From: Bacteroidales bacterium
GTDB lineage: Bacteria > Bacteroidota > Bacteroidia > Bacteroidales > FEN-979
NCBI GenBank assembly: GCA_016783905.1
Contig: JADHVQ010000002.1
Span: 6,599-70,598 of the forward strand
Length of the DNA stretch: 64,000 bases
Direction of reading: 5' to 3'
Positions 56,358 through 64,000 of the stretch are shown here, piece by piece. Under the pieces are notes generated by a model, which did not search any database, was not told where the DNA came from, and saw only the letters and a program-made list of their open reading frames with translations. Position numbers and translations under genes: made by a program. Position 1 is the stretch's first letter. Each line of letters opens with the position of its first letter.

Positions 56358-57734
56358 ATGGCTGTAGTCTTGGTCATGGCTGTCGCCTTCGCCCTCTATA
56401 TTTCCCCGAAAGAGGAGATCCCGAGAGGGGCTATCCAGTATATCAAAGACCGGGGATATCTGATTGCCGTTCTGGAACCCAACACACTGAACTATTTCAT
56501 TTACAAGGGAGAGGCTTTTGGCTTTGGGCTTGATCTGATGCAGGAGTTCAGCAGGTACCTGGAGATCCCGGTCAAGGTGATTGCCTGCAGTACCGTTTCA
56601 CAGGCTTATTATTACCTCGATTACCATGTGGCCGACATCATGGCCTATAATCTTCCTGTTACCCGTATGGGAAGAAACCTTGCCCACTTCTCATCCCCGC
56701 TTCAGGAAACCAGGCTGGTTCTCGTTCAACACTCTGCTGAGACAGCTAAACAGGATACGAGCATTAGGTTTATCTCCTCCCTGAAAGAATTGCATGATGA
56801 TACGGTGGTAGTCCAGCTGAATGCGTTCCTTCAACCACTGTACGACCGGTTTCTTGCCAAAGCCGGAAGAGGTGTTTTCCTGAAGGAGGTAAATGAAACC
56901 CATGAAGATCTCTTCAGAATGGTATCAGAAGATTCTGTCAATTATACGCTGTGTCCTGAAAATCTGGCGGTGGTTTTAAACCAGGTTTCCCGAAATACAG
57001 ATATCAGTCTTGCAGCCACCAAAACTTACCCGATGGCCTGGGCTCTGAACCACTCCTCCGATTCTCTGCTGATGATCCTGGATTACTGGCTCGATTCCAT
57101 TGCCAGCAAACGGTTGCTACATAAAACATACCGGAATATATACCATAATCCACGGGTGGTGAACCATTTCCGAAGCGACTATTTTTCGCTGGTCAGCCAC
57201 CGGATCTCTCCCTGGGATGAGCAGCTTCAGCACTACAGCAAGCTTTTCTGGTGGGATTGGCGACTGGTCGCATCCCTGATGTATACCGAGTCCAATTTCG
57301 TACCCGGACTTACCTCGCATAAAAATGCCTATGGCCTGATGCAGATGATCCCTGAAACAGCTGAGATTTACGGATTGGACACCGCATCCAGTGCTTCCCA
57401 TCAGATCATGGCAGGCATCAAATACCTGAAATGGATCGATCGTCAGCTGCCGCCCGAAATCCGGGATCCACGCGAACGGGCCAGTTTCATCCTGGCAGCT
57501 TACAACGTAGGCATTGGTCGCGTACTGTCGCTCCGGAAAAAAGCTGAGGAATACGGGAAAGATCCGAACCGTTGGCATGGAAATGTAGAGTATTACCTGC
57601 TCAGTCGGTCTCATTCGGATCCTTACGGGTATGCGGATACGCTCCGTGAATTTCCGGTGAACTATACGATGGATGGTTATGTGGACGGGATCATCAACCG
57701 GTATTACCACTACCTGAACCTGGTTCCGGATTGA
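56358..57734 (+). CDS. MltF-like lytic transglycosylase (solute-binding-protein-like domain plus SLT domain)
   Basis: N-terminal anchor, SBP_bac_3-like GYLIAVLEPNTLNYFIYKGEAFGFGLDL, SLT block MYTESNFVPGLTSHKNAYGLMQM. Confidence 0.75.
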   Translation: MAVVLVMAVAFALYISPKEEIPRGAIQYIKDRGYLIAVLEPNTLNYFIYKGEAFGFGLDLMQEFSRYLEIPVKVIACSTVSQAYYYLDYHVADIMAYNLPVTRMGRNLAHFSSPLQETRLVLVQHSAETAKQDTSIRFISSLKELHDDTVVVQLNAFLQPLYDRFLAKAGRGVFLKEVNETHEDLFRMVSEDSVNYTLCPENLAVVLNQVSRNTDISLAATKTYPMAWALNHSSDSLLMILDYWLDSIASKRLLHKTYRNIYHNPRVVNHFRSDYFSLVSHRISPWDEQLQHYSKLFWWDWRLVASLMYTESNFVPGLTSHKNAYGLMQMIPETAEIYGLDTASSASHQIMAGIKYLKWIDRQLPPEIRDPRERASFILAAYNVGIGRVLSLRKKAEEYGKDPNRWHGNVEYYLLSRSHSDPYGYADTLREFPVNYTMDGYVDGIINRYYHYLNLVPD

Positions 57735-58734
57735 ACTCGTTCAGGAAAAAACCGCATATCTCCCGGATGGATTCCTCCGGTGAAATGAATTCAATGCCAA
57801 GCCTCTCCCTTATTTTCTGATTGGAATAGGTATAGATCTGTGCGGCAGTGGTGGCCATTTCGCGGGTTACTTCGGGTTTCGAGCGGGTAACAAAACTCCG
57901 GACCGCCTCCACCCTCCAAGCTATCTGAGTCAGGACAGGCAGTACGTGAAAAGAGGGAGCCGGTTTATCCAGGTATTTCGCCATCAACATAAAAAGCTGA
58001 TGGTAGGAGAGATTTTCGGCCGATACGATGAAGCGTTCCCCAAATAGTTCGTTCTCCATTAATTCAATCATTGCCCGCGCAACATCACGGGCATCCACAT
58101 ATCCGTTGACTCCCTTTGTATAATATTTTAATCCCTGATATACCAAACGAAACAGGCCCGAGTTATCTTCCCAGAAACCCGGTCCCAGGATAACAGAAGG
58201 ATTAACGATTACCGCATTCAAGCCTTCGGCAATTCCTCTCCAGACTTCCCGTTCGGCGGCGTATTTACTTTGTGAGTAGACTGAATTCTTTTTCGATGGC
58301 ACCCAGAAAGTATCTTCGTTGTTCTCTCCGTCGTTCTCCGCTCTGCCAAGGGTTGCTATAGAGCTGACATAACAGAATTTTTCAATTTTCCAATGGAGTG
58401 CCAAATTCACCAGGTTGGCCGTACCTGCAACATTAATTTTCAGCATCTGGTTATGGTCCTTCGGATAAAATGAAACGATGGCTCCTGCATGAAATACTTC
58501 TGATATACCATCCAGTGCCATCTCCATGGCCCCGTCATCCATCAGATCGGCTTCCATCCAATGGATTCTGGCAAAGAGCTCTTCCGGATGATCCGTATAG
58601 TAGGAGAATACCTTTCTGACCCTCTCTTTTTTACCGGTATTCCGGAATATCGCTCTGACTGGCTTATCCTGTTTCACGAGATCGAATAAAAGGTGTGAGC
58701 CCAGGAGACCTGTTCCGCCTGTGACGAGTATCAT
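57694..58734 (-). CDS. NAD(P)-dependent epimerase/dehydratase (extended SDR) family protein
   Basis: MILVTGGTGLLGSHL Rossmann motif, YSQSK catalytic YxxxK. Start supported by the -7 box at 58753. Confidence 0.8.
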   Translation of the reverse strand: MILVTGGTGLLGSHLLFDLVKQDKPVRAIFRNTGKKERVRKVFSYYTDHPEELFARIHWMEADLMDDGAMEMALDGISEVFHAGAIVSFYPKDHNQMLKINVAGTANLVNLALHWKIEKFCYVSSIATLGRAENDGENNEDTFWVPSKKNSVYSQSKYAAEREVWRGIAEGLNAVIVNPSVILGPGFWEDNSGLFRLVYQGLKYYTKGVNGYVDARDVARAMIELMENELFGERFIVSAENLSYHQLFMLMAKYLDKPAPSFHVLPVLTQIAWRVEAVRSFVTRSKPEVTREMATTAAQIYTYSNQKIRERLGIEFISPEESIREICGFFLNEFNPEPGSGSGNTG

Positions 58735-58752
58735 GCGAGTTGCGTTTGGGGA

Positions 58753-58760
58753 CAAAAATA
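58753..58760 (-). promoter_or_regulatory. candidate -7 box TATTTTTG, 18 nt upstream of ATG 58734
   Basis: Plus strand reads caaaaata. Confidence 0.4.
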
Positions 58761-58846
58761 TTGAAAAAACGGGAAGGAGGGGATGGGTTTTGGAAAGTAA
58801 TGAGTTATTCCCGAACTTTGCTGCTGTGAAACCAAAATCCAAAACC

Positions 58847-59434
58847 ATGACCAAAAAACTTTTACCTCTCCTTTTCTTCAGCCTGATGATTGCATTTGCC
58901 TGCAACCAGGGGCCGAAAGAGACCGCCGAAGAAGTTATGGTTGACACCGTTCTATTGGCCGTTGCCACCTTTGATACTGCAGCTCCATATTATGTCGACC
59001 AGCCCGTTTGGATTGAAGGAACTGTTTACCACACCTGCAAACATGGTGGGAAACGGATGTTCTTAGTCGATGGGAACGACAGTGTGATGGTGGAGGTCAC
59101 CACAGGTCCGGATATCGTGATGTTTGATGAAGCGCTTGTCGGTAGTCGTGTGCATGTGCTTGGAATCCTGAAAGAGGAGCGCATTGATGAAAAATACCTC
59201 AACGAATGGGAAGCTGAAGTAATGGCACCGGAAGAGGACCATGAAGCCGGTCTGCATGAAGGGACGAAGGGACATGAAGACCAGCCGAAAGAGGCCAAAC
59301 TTGAGCAGATCAACGCGTTGCGTGATCAGTTGAAGGAGGGCGGACAAGATCACCTTTCCTTCTACTCCATCGAAGCCATTTCATTTGAAGAACTACCGGT
59401 GGCTGAGGAAGAGATCGTTGTTGAGGAGGAATAA
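58847..59434 (+). CDS. lipoprotein of unknown function with a His/Glu-rich acidic tail
   Basis: Lipobox MIAFAC. Internal HTCKHGGKRMF. Tail EEDHEAGLHEGTKGHEDQPKE...EEIVVEEE. Confidence 0.55.
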   Translation: MTKKLLPLLFFSLMIAFACNQGPKETAEEVMVDTVLLAVATFDTAAPYYVDQPVWIEGTVYHTCKHGGKRMFLVDGNDSVMVEVTTGPDIVMFDEALVGSRVHVLGILKEERIDEKYLNEWEAEVMAPEEDHEAGLHEGTKGHEDQPKEAKLEQINALRDQLKEGGQDHLSFYSIEAISFEELPVAEEEIVVEEE

Positions 59435-59502
59435 CTTTTACGGATCTTACGATATTTATCCAAACGGAGGCACAAGGGCACAGGGGCACAAAAAACCTCA
59501 TC

Positions 59503-60069
59503 ATGAAACGAAAAACACTGCGCCGCTGGAACAATGCCCTTCACCGCGATATCGGTTACCTTGCGTTTGGATTGACTATCATTTACGCGATTTCTGGAAT
59601 CGTATTAAATCATTTCAAATCGGGAGATTTTCAACATCCCGATTATAGTAAGAGATTCGAAGATATCCAGGTCCAGCTCCCTGCTGATAAGCACCTCACG
59701 AAAAGCTACGCCTTAGAGGTTCTCGAACAGGTTGGCGAACAGGATGAGTACAAGAGTCATGTTACAGGAAATGGCTACGTGCAGATCTTTTTCAATAATG
59801 GCTCTGTTTATGTGGACTTGACCAACGGGTACGCCCAGCTGGAGAAGAAAACACCCAGATACATCCTGAAAGAATTTAACCTGCTTCACTACAATAACAT
59901 TAAAAAGTGGTTTACCTGGTTCTCAGATATCTACGCAGCAGCCCTGATCATCCTGGCGATTACCGGGCTGTTCGTTTTACGTGGTAAAAACGGAATTCTG
60001 CGACGGGGAGCCTGGCTCGCTGCCGCTGGAATCATCATCCCTGCGATCATCATTTTTATTTACGCCTGA
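59503..60069 (+). CDS. PepSY-associated TM-helix family membrane protein
   Basis: MKRKTLRRWNNALHRDIGYLAFGLTIIYAISGIVLNH is a typical N-terminus of this family. Two further TM segments. Confidence 0.6.
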   Translation: MKRKTLRRWNNALHRDIGYLAFGLTIIYAISGIVLNHFKSGDFQHPDYSKRFEDIQVQLPADKHLTKSYALEVLEQVGEQDEYKSHVTGNGYVQIFFNNGSVYVDLTNGYAQLEKKTPRYILKEFNLLHYNNIKKWFTWFSDIYAAALIILAITGLFVLRGKNGILRRGAWLAAAGIIIPAIIIFIYA

Positions 60070-60107
60070 GTTCATGCAATGACCCCTCCCTTTATTATTA
60101 TTGCAGA

Positions 60108-60134
60108 ATCATTTTAATATCATTTTAATATCAT
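60108..60134. repeat. 11-bp tandem repeat atcattttaat x2.5 upstream of the SPFH gene
   Basis: Read directly: atcattttaat atcattttaat atcat. Confidence 0.8.
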
Positions 60135-60147
60135 AAAATTTAAACCG

Positions 60148-61017
60148 ATGGAAAAAGAAAGACTTACCTCTCCCGTTTCAGGCTATATGGGAGTAATCAG
60201 CCTGCTTGTATTGATTATACTGGCTGTGTTGGATTTTGTGCTCTATACCAATCAGGTATGGGCCATTGTTCTGGGGATCATCTGCATCGCTATTGTGATT
60301 TTCATCATCCCCGGATTTCTGGTGATCAATCCGAATGAATCGGCTGTCCTCGTGCTTTTCGGGGTTTACAAGGGAACCCTGAAGAGGAATGGCTTCTACT
60401 GGCTGAATCCTTTTCTGGTCAGAAAAAAGATTTCGCTCCGGGCACGTAACCTCGACAGTGAGCCTATCAAGGTAAATGACAAGATCGGCAACCCGATCAT
60501 GATCGGGATCGTGTTGGTGTGGCAGGTGAAAAATACCTACAAAGCTGCTTTCGAAGTGGATGATTATACGCACTTCGTTGAGATTCAGAGTGAGGCTGCC
60601 ATCCGCAAACTGGCAGGTCATTATCCGTATGATAACTTCGACGATGACCATGCTGATATCACGCTGCGTTCCGGTGGAGAAGATGTGAACCAGGCGCTGG
60701 AGGATGAGCTCACCGAACGGTTGGCTATCGCCGGCATCTTCGTGATGGAAGCCCGAATCAGCTACCTGGCCTATGCCTCAGAGATTGCAGGAGCTATGTT
60801 GCGTCGTCAGCAAGCTACAGCCATCGTTGCAGCCCGCCAGAAGATTGTGGAAGGTGCAGTAAGCATGGTTGAGATGGCTCTCGATGAACTCAGTAAGAAA
60901 AACGTGGTGGAACTGGATGAAGACAAAAAAGCGGTGATGGTCAGCAATCTGATGGTTGTTCTCTGTTCCGATAAAGATGTTACTCCGGTGTTGAATACAG
61001 GAACATTACACCAATAA
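60148..61017 (+). CDS. SPFH/Band 7 domain membrane protein
   Basis: Two N-terminal TM segments, then NPNESAVLVLFGVYKGTLKRNGFYW and a coiled C-terminal half typical of SPFH proteins. Confidence 0.8.
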   Translation: MEKERLTSPVSGYMGVISLLVLIILAVLDFVLYTNQVWAIVLGIICIAIVIFIIPGFLVINPNESAVLVLFGVYKGTLKRNGFYWLNPFLVRKKISLRARNLDSEPIKVNDKIGNPIMIGIVLVWQVKNTYKAAFEVDDYTHFVEIQSEAAIRKLAGHYPYDNFDDDHADITLRSGGEDVNQALEDELTERLAIAGIFVMEARISYLAYASEIAGAMLRRQQATAIVAARQKIVEGAVSMVEMALDELSKKNVVELDEDKKAVMVSNLMVVLCSDKDVTPVLNTGTLHQ

Positions 61018-61027
61018 AACAATTCTT

Positions 61028-61213
61028 ATGTCGAAGAAAAAAGTCTTCATGCTTCGACTCAATCCGGATCTCTATGCCGCCCTCGAAACATGGGCGGCAG
61101 ACGAGTTCCGGAGCGTGAATGGCCAAGTGGAATGGGTGCTCGATAATGCGCTGAAAGAGAGGGGAAGGATGGATGCAAAAACAAAAAAAAATGCTGCTCA
61201 GAAAAAGAGATAA
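61028..61213 (+). CDS. Arc/ribbon-helix-helix family small DNA-binding protein
   Basis: Beta-strand VFMLRL, helices DLYAALETWAADE and SVNGQVEWVLDNALKE, basic tail. Confidence 0.6.
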   Translation: MSKKKVFMLRLNPDLYAALETWAADEFRSVNGQVEWVLDNALKERGRMDAKTKKNAAQKKR

Positions 61214-61715
61214 ACATGAACTTCCGCGTCCTATTATCAGACCTGAAATGGGGCCTGCCGACCTGATCCTGGAGATTTTGGCAATTGTCAGTTTGCTCGG
61301 TTTTATCGGCTTCACACTCTATTTTATCAGCCGATTGCCTGATTCTGTACCCACCCATTTTGATGCCAGTGGAAAGCCGGATGATTTCGGCAGCAAAGCC
61401 TCGCTCTGGATGCTTCCGGTCGTGGCACTTGTCCTATACGCTATCCTGTCACTTGTTAGCCGCATCCCTGAGAAATTCAATTATCCGGTAAAGATCACGC
61501 AAGCCAATGCCCGCAGGCAGTACACCCTGGGTGTCCGGCTAATCAGGTGCCTGAAGTTGGCGATGATCCTGATGTTCTTTTTTATCAGCTATAAAACGGT
61601 GATGGTGGCCCAGGCCAATTCAGGCGGACTTGGAATCTGGTTCTTTCCGGTTCTCATCGGGATCATCCTGATCCCCATCATCATCTATTTCATCCTGGCC
61701 CTGACGAATAAATAA
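61191..61715 (+). CDS. DUF1648 (SdpI-like) membrane protein; start uncertain (61173, 61191 or 61248)
   Basis: ILEILAIVSLLGFIGFTLYFISRLPDSVPTHFDASGKPDDFGSK matches the family's TM1 plus THF..G.PD motif. 4 TM segments. Confidence 0.6.
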   Translation: MLLRKRDKHELPRPIIRPEMGPADLILEILAIVSLLGFIGFTLYFISRLPDSVPTHFDASGKPDDFGSKASLWMLPVVALVLYAILSLVSRIPEKFNYPVKITQANARRQYTLGVRLIRCLKLAMILMFFFISYKTVMVAQANSGGLGIWFFPVLIGIILIPIIIYFILALTNK

Positions 61716-61745
61716 TCCGAAACAACCCGAAAACAAATTGATTCT

Positions 61746-64000
61746 ATGACAAATAAATCCTCGACTATCTTCATTTCGCTTTGCCTCGTCACTAGGATTC
61801 TCGCAATGACATGTTTCATTTTTTCAATATCCTCGTTTGCCCAACCTGCCGATTCCCTTACCCGGTACGTCAATCCCTTCATCGGCACACAGGAGATGGG
61901 GCATACCTTTCCCGGGGCTGTGGTGCCATTCGGATTCGTCCAGCTCAGTCCGGATACAGATACGATCCCATTCTCTGTAGAAGGAAAATACAATCCGGGT
62001 GTCTACCGGTACTGTGCCGGTTACCAGTACGATGACCCTACTATCGTCGGTTTCAGCCATACTCATTTCAGCGGAACCGGGCACTCCGATCTGGGTGATA
62101 TCCTGATCATGCCTGCCGTGGGAAAAATCCAACTGAATCCGGGAACATCCGGAAATCCGGCATCCGGCTACCGTTCGGCATATAAAAAAGAGAACGAGAC
62201 GGCTTCTCCCGGATATTACAGGGTGTACCTCGATGATCCGGATGTGGAAGCGGAGCTGACAGCAACCATCCGTTGTGGCTTTCATAGGTATACCTTCCCG
62301 GAAACCGACAGCGCTCATATCATACTTGATTTGAATCATGGGATTTACAATTACGTAGGCAAAGTTCGATGGGCCTGCATCCGGATCATCAATGATACCC
62401 TGATTTCCGGATACCGGATTACCAGTGGATGGGGACGGACCCGCTATGTCTTTTTCGCAATGAGTTTTTCCAAACCGTTTCAAAGCTATGGGTTCCGGGA
62501 TGATGATCCCCTGGTCTACAAAGGCTTCTGGCGGAAATTCAACCAGCAGGAGAACTTCCCCGAGTTAGCAGGAAAGAAAATCAAGGCACATTTCGATTTT
62601 TCCACCACCTCCGGCGAACAGATCCTGGTCAAAGTCGGGTTATCGGCGGTCTCAATGAAGGGTGCCTTGAAAAACCTGAAGGAAGAGATCCCTTTCTGGA
62701 ACTTTGAGGGCATACGGACAGAGGCAAACGAAGCCTGGGATAAGGAGTTGCAACGAATCAGGATAGAGGCTTCAGATGATCAGAAAGTGATCTTTTACAC
62801 CGCTCTTTATCACGCTCTGATCCATCCTTCCATCTACCAGGATGTGAATGGAGCATACCGGGGGATCGATACCGAGGTTCACCTGGCACACGGCTTCACC
62901 AATTACACGGTCTTCTCACTCTGGGATACCTACCGGGCGCTTCATCCGTTACTGACCCTGCTTTATCCACATCGTACTTCCGACATGATCAACTCCATGC
63001 TTGCCCATTTTGATCAGAGTCCGGAAAAGATGCTGCCGGTCTGGTCTCATCATGGAAATGAGAATTGGTGTATGATTGGATACCACAGTGTTCCGGTGAT
63101 CGCCGATGCCGCCGTCAAAGGGGTCCGGGGATTTGATGCTGCCAAAGCGCTGAAAGCAGCACTCACCACGGCGACCAACAAGCATTATACAGGGGTTGTT
63201 GATTACATGAACCTGGGATTCGTTCCGGAAGACCGGGCCGCCAATTCCGCTTCCATTACCTTAGAATATGCATACGACGACTTCACCGTTGCCCAACTGG
63301 CAGATGCTGTTTCACAAAGGCCTATCCTTCCCGACATGGTTCAACTCTATGCCCGTGAACAGGGAGCCAGATTCCATCAACGGTCAGCCAATTTCAAAAA
63401 CCTGTTTGACACCATAACGGGGTTTATCAGACCGCGGAATGCAGATGGATCCTGGAAAGAATCCTTCGACCCGTTGAACACTCACGGAGAGGGTTTCATT
63501 GAAGGAAACTCCTGGAATTACTCATTTTACATCCCACATGATGTTCCCGGCATGATTCGGTTGATGGGGGGCGAAAATCGTTTTGTCCAACGACTTGATT
63601 CCCTGTTCACCATGCATCTTGATGACAGATATTTTGCCCGTACCGAAGATGTAACACGGGTTGGTCTGATCGGGAACTACGTCCATGGAAACGAACCCAG
63701 CCATCATATCCCCTATCTCTACAACTGGACCTCTCAGCCCTGGAAGACCCAGGAACGGATTCAGCAAATCTGTCGGAGTATGTACCGCAACGCACCCGAC
63801 GGCCTCTGTGGGAACGATGATTGCGGCCAGATGAGTGCTTGGTATATCTTTTCCACCCTGGGATTCTATCCGGTATGCCCTGGAACCACCCAATATGCCA
63901 TCGGAAGCCCCTCTTTCAGCGAAGCTTCTGTATTCCTTTCGAAAGGGAAAAAACTGAGTATCAGGGTGTATCGTCAACAGGAACAGGATATCTATATTCA
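61746..64000 (+). CDS. glycoside hydrolase family 92 (alpha-mannosidase), 3' end beyond the window
   Basis: Not in the ORF track because there is no stop in the window. The frame was checked open at 61746, 62454 and 63951. VNPFIGTQEMGHTFPGAVVPFGFVQLSPDT, GFSHTHFSGTG, SLWDTYRALHPL, GNEPSHHIPYLY, CGNDDCGQMSAW. Confidence 0.88.
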   Translation, partial: MTNKSSTIFISLCLVTRILAMTCFIFSISSFAQPADSLTRYVNPFIGTQEMGHTFPGAVVPFGFVQLSPDTDTIPFSVEGKYNPGVYRYCAGYQYDDPTIVGFSHTHFSGTGHSDLGDILIMPAVGKIQLNPGTSGNPASGYRSAYKKENETASPGYYRVYLDDPDVEAELTATIRCGFHRYTFPETDSAHIILDLNHGIYNYVGKVRWACIRIINDTLISGYRITSGWGRTRYVFFAMSFSKPFQSYGFRDDDPLVYKGFWRKFNQQENFPELAGKKIKAHFDFSTTSGEQILVKVGLSAVSMKGALKNLKEEIPFWNFEGIRTEANEAWDKELQRIRIEASDDQKVIFYTALYHALIHPSIYQDVNGAYRGIDTEVHLAHGFTNYTVFSLWDTYRALHPLLTLLYPHRTSDMINSMLAHFDQSPEKMLPVWSHHGNENWCMIGYHSVPVIADAAVKGVRGFDAAKALKAALTTATNKHYTGVVDYMNLGFVPEDRAANSASITLEYAYDDFTVAQLADAVSQRPILPDMVQLYAREQGARFHQRSANFKNLFDTITGFIRPRNADGSWKESFDPLNTHGEGFIEGNSWNYSFYIPHDVPGMIRLMGGENRFVQRLDSLFTMHLDDRYFARTEDVTRVGLIGNYVHGNEPSHHIPYLYNWTSQPWKTQERIQQICRSMYRNAPDGLCGNDDCGQMSAWYIFSTLGFYPVCPGTTQYAIGSPSFSEASVFLSKGKKLSIRVYRQQEQDIYI

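Noticed and set aside
60081-60092. gacccctccc after the PepSY-TM gene resembles the left end of the C/G-tract element.
   Set aside because: Only a single C-tract is present, with no matching G-rich arm. It is too short to distinguish from chance.
61824-62483. A 219-aa minus-strand ORF, the only track ORF covering this region.
   Set aside because: The plus strand here encodes an unmistakable GH92 N-terminus. The track omits that gene only because it has no stop codon within the window.

Overview
The window looks like a chromosomal segment of a Bacteroidota-type genome. This is inferred from two proteins with T9SS C-terminal sorting domains, many TAnnTTTG -7 boxes at sensible distances from start codons, a propeller/Y_Y_Y histidine kinase, GH92 and overall gene content. 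It is densely coding, with about 55 protein genes and one tRNA.

Gene content:
- Housekeeping genes: rpoN (5' partial), queA, ispD, ruvC, topA, miaB, recO, lysS.
- Envelope and export genes: Wza/Wzc pair, GT2 plus a flippase-like protein, two lytic transglycosylases, porins, a PorZ-like protein and a PPAD-like T9SS cargo protein.
- Signalling genes: two adjacent hybrid histidine kinases, and a propeller HK with a LytTR regulator.
- Ion and metal genes: CopA, a CDF transporter, and two different K+ channel types in one operon.
- A TetR-TolC-HlyD-ABC(2 ATPase + 2 ABC-2 permease) efflux locus resembling E. coli cecR-ybhGFSR.
- A GH92 mannosidase gene that runs off the 3' edge. It is absent from the ORF track because it has no stop codon in the window.

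I saw no CRISPR array, no intact IS, integrase or prophage, and no rRNA.

Most notable observations:
1. A local graveyard of broken genes in an AT-rich islet beside a tRNA-CAT (21.5-24.0 kb).
2. A Wzc tyrosine kinase whose C-terminal Tyr cluster is a strict (YG)16YY repeat with a recent 24-bp higher-order duplication.
3. A two-copy C-tract/G-tract palindromic intergenic element that could fold as a hairpin or a G-quadruplex.
4. A START-domain / K+ channel / TMEM175-like operon.
5. An arginase-fold protein that appears to lack half of its metal ligands.
6. A DUF2147 gene with an internal out-of-frame deletion inside the efflux locus.

I could not identify a clear-cut new multi-gene system such as a defence system, and I do not claim one. 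All coordinates were hand-indexed from the printed sequence. Functional calls rest on motifs recognised by eye, not on database searches.
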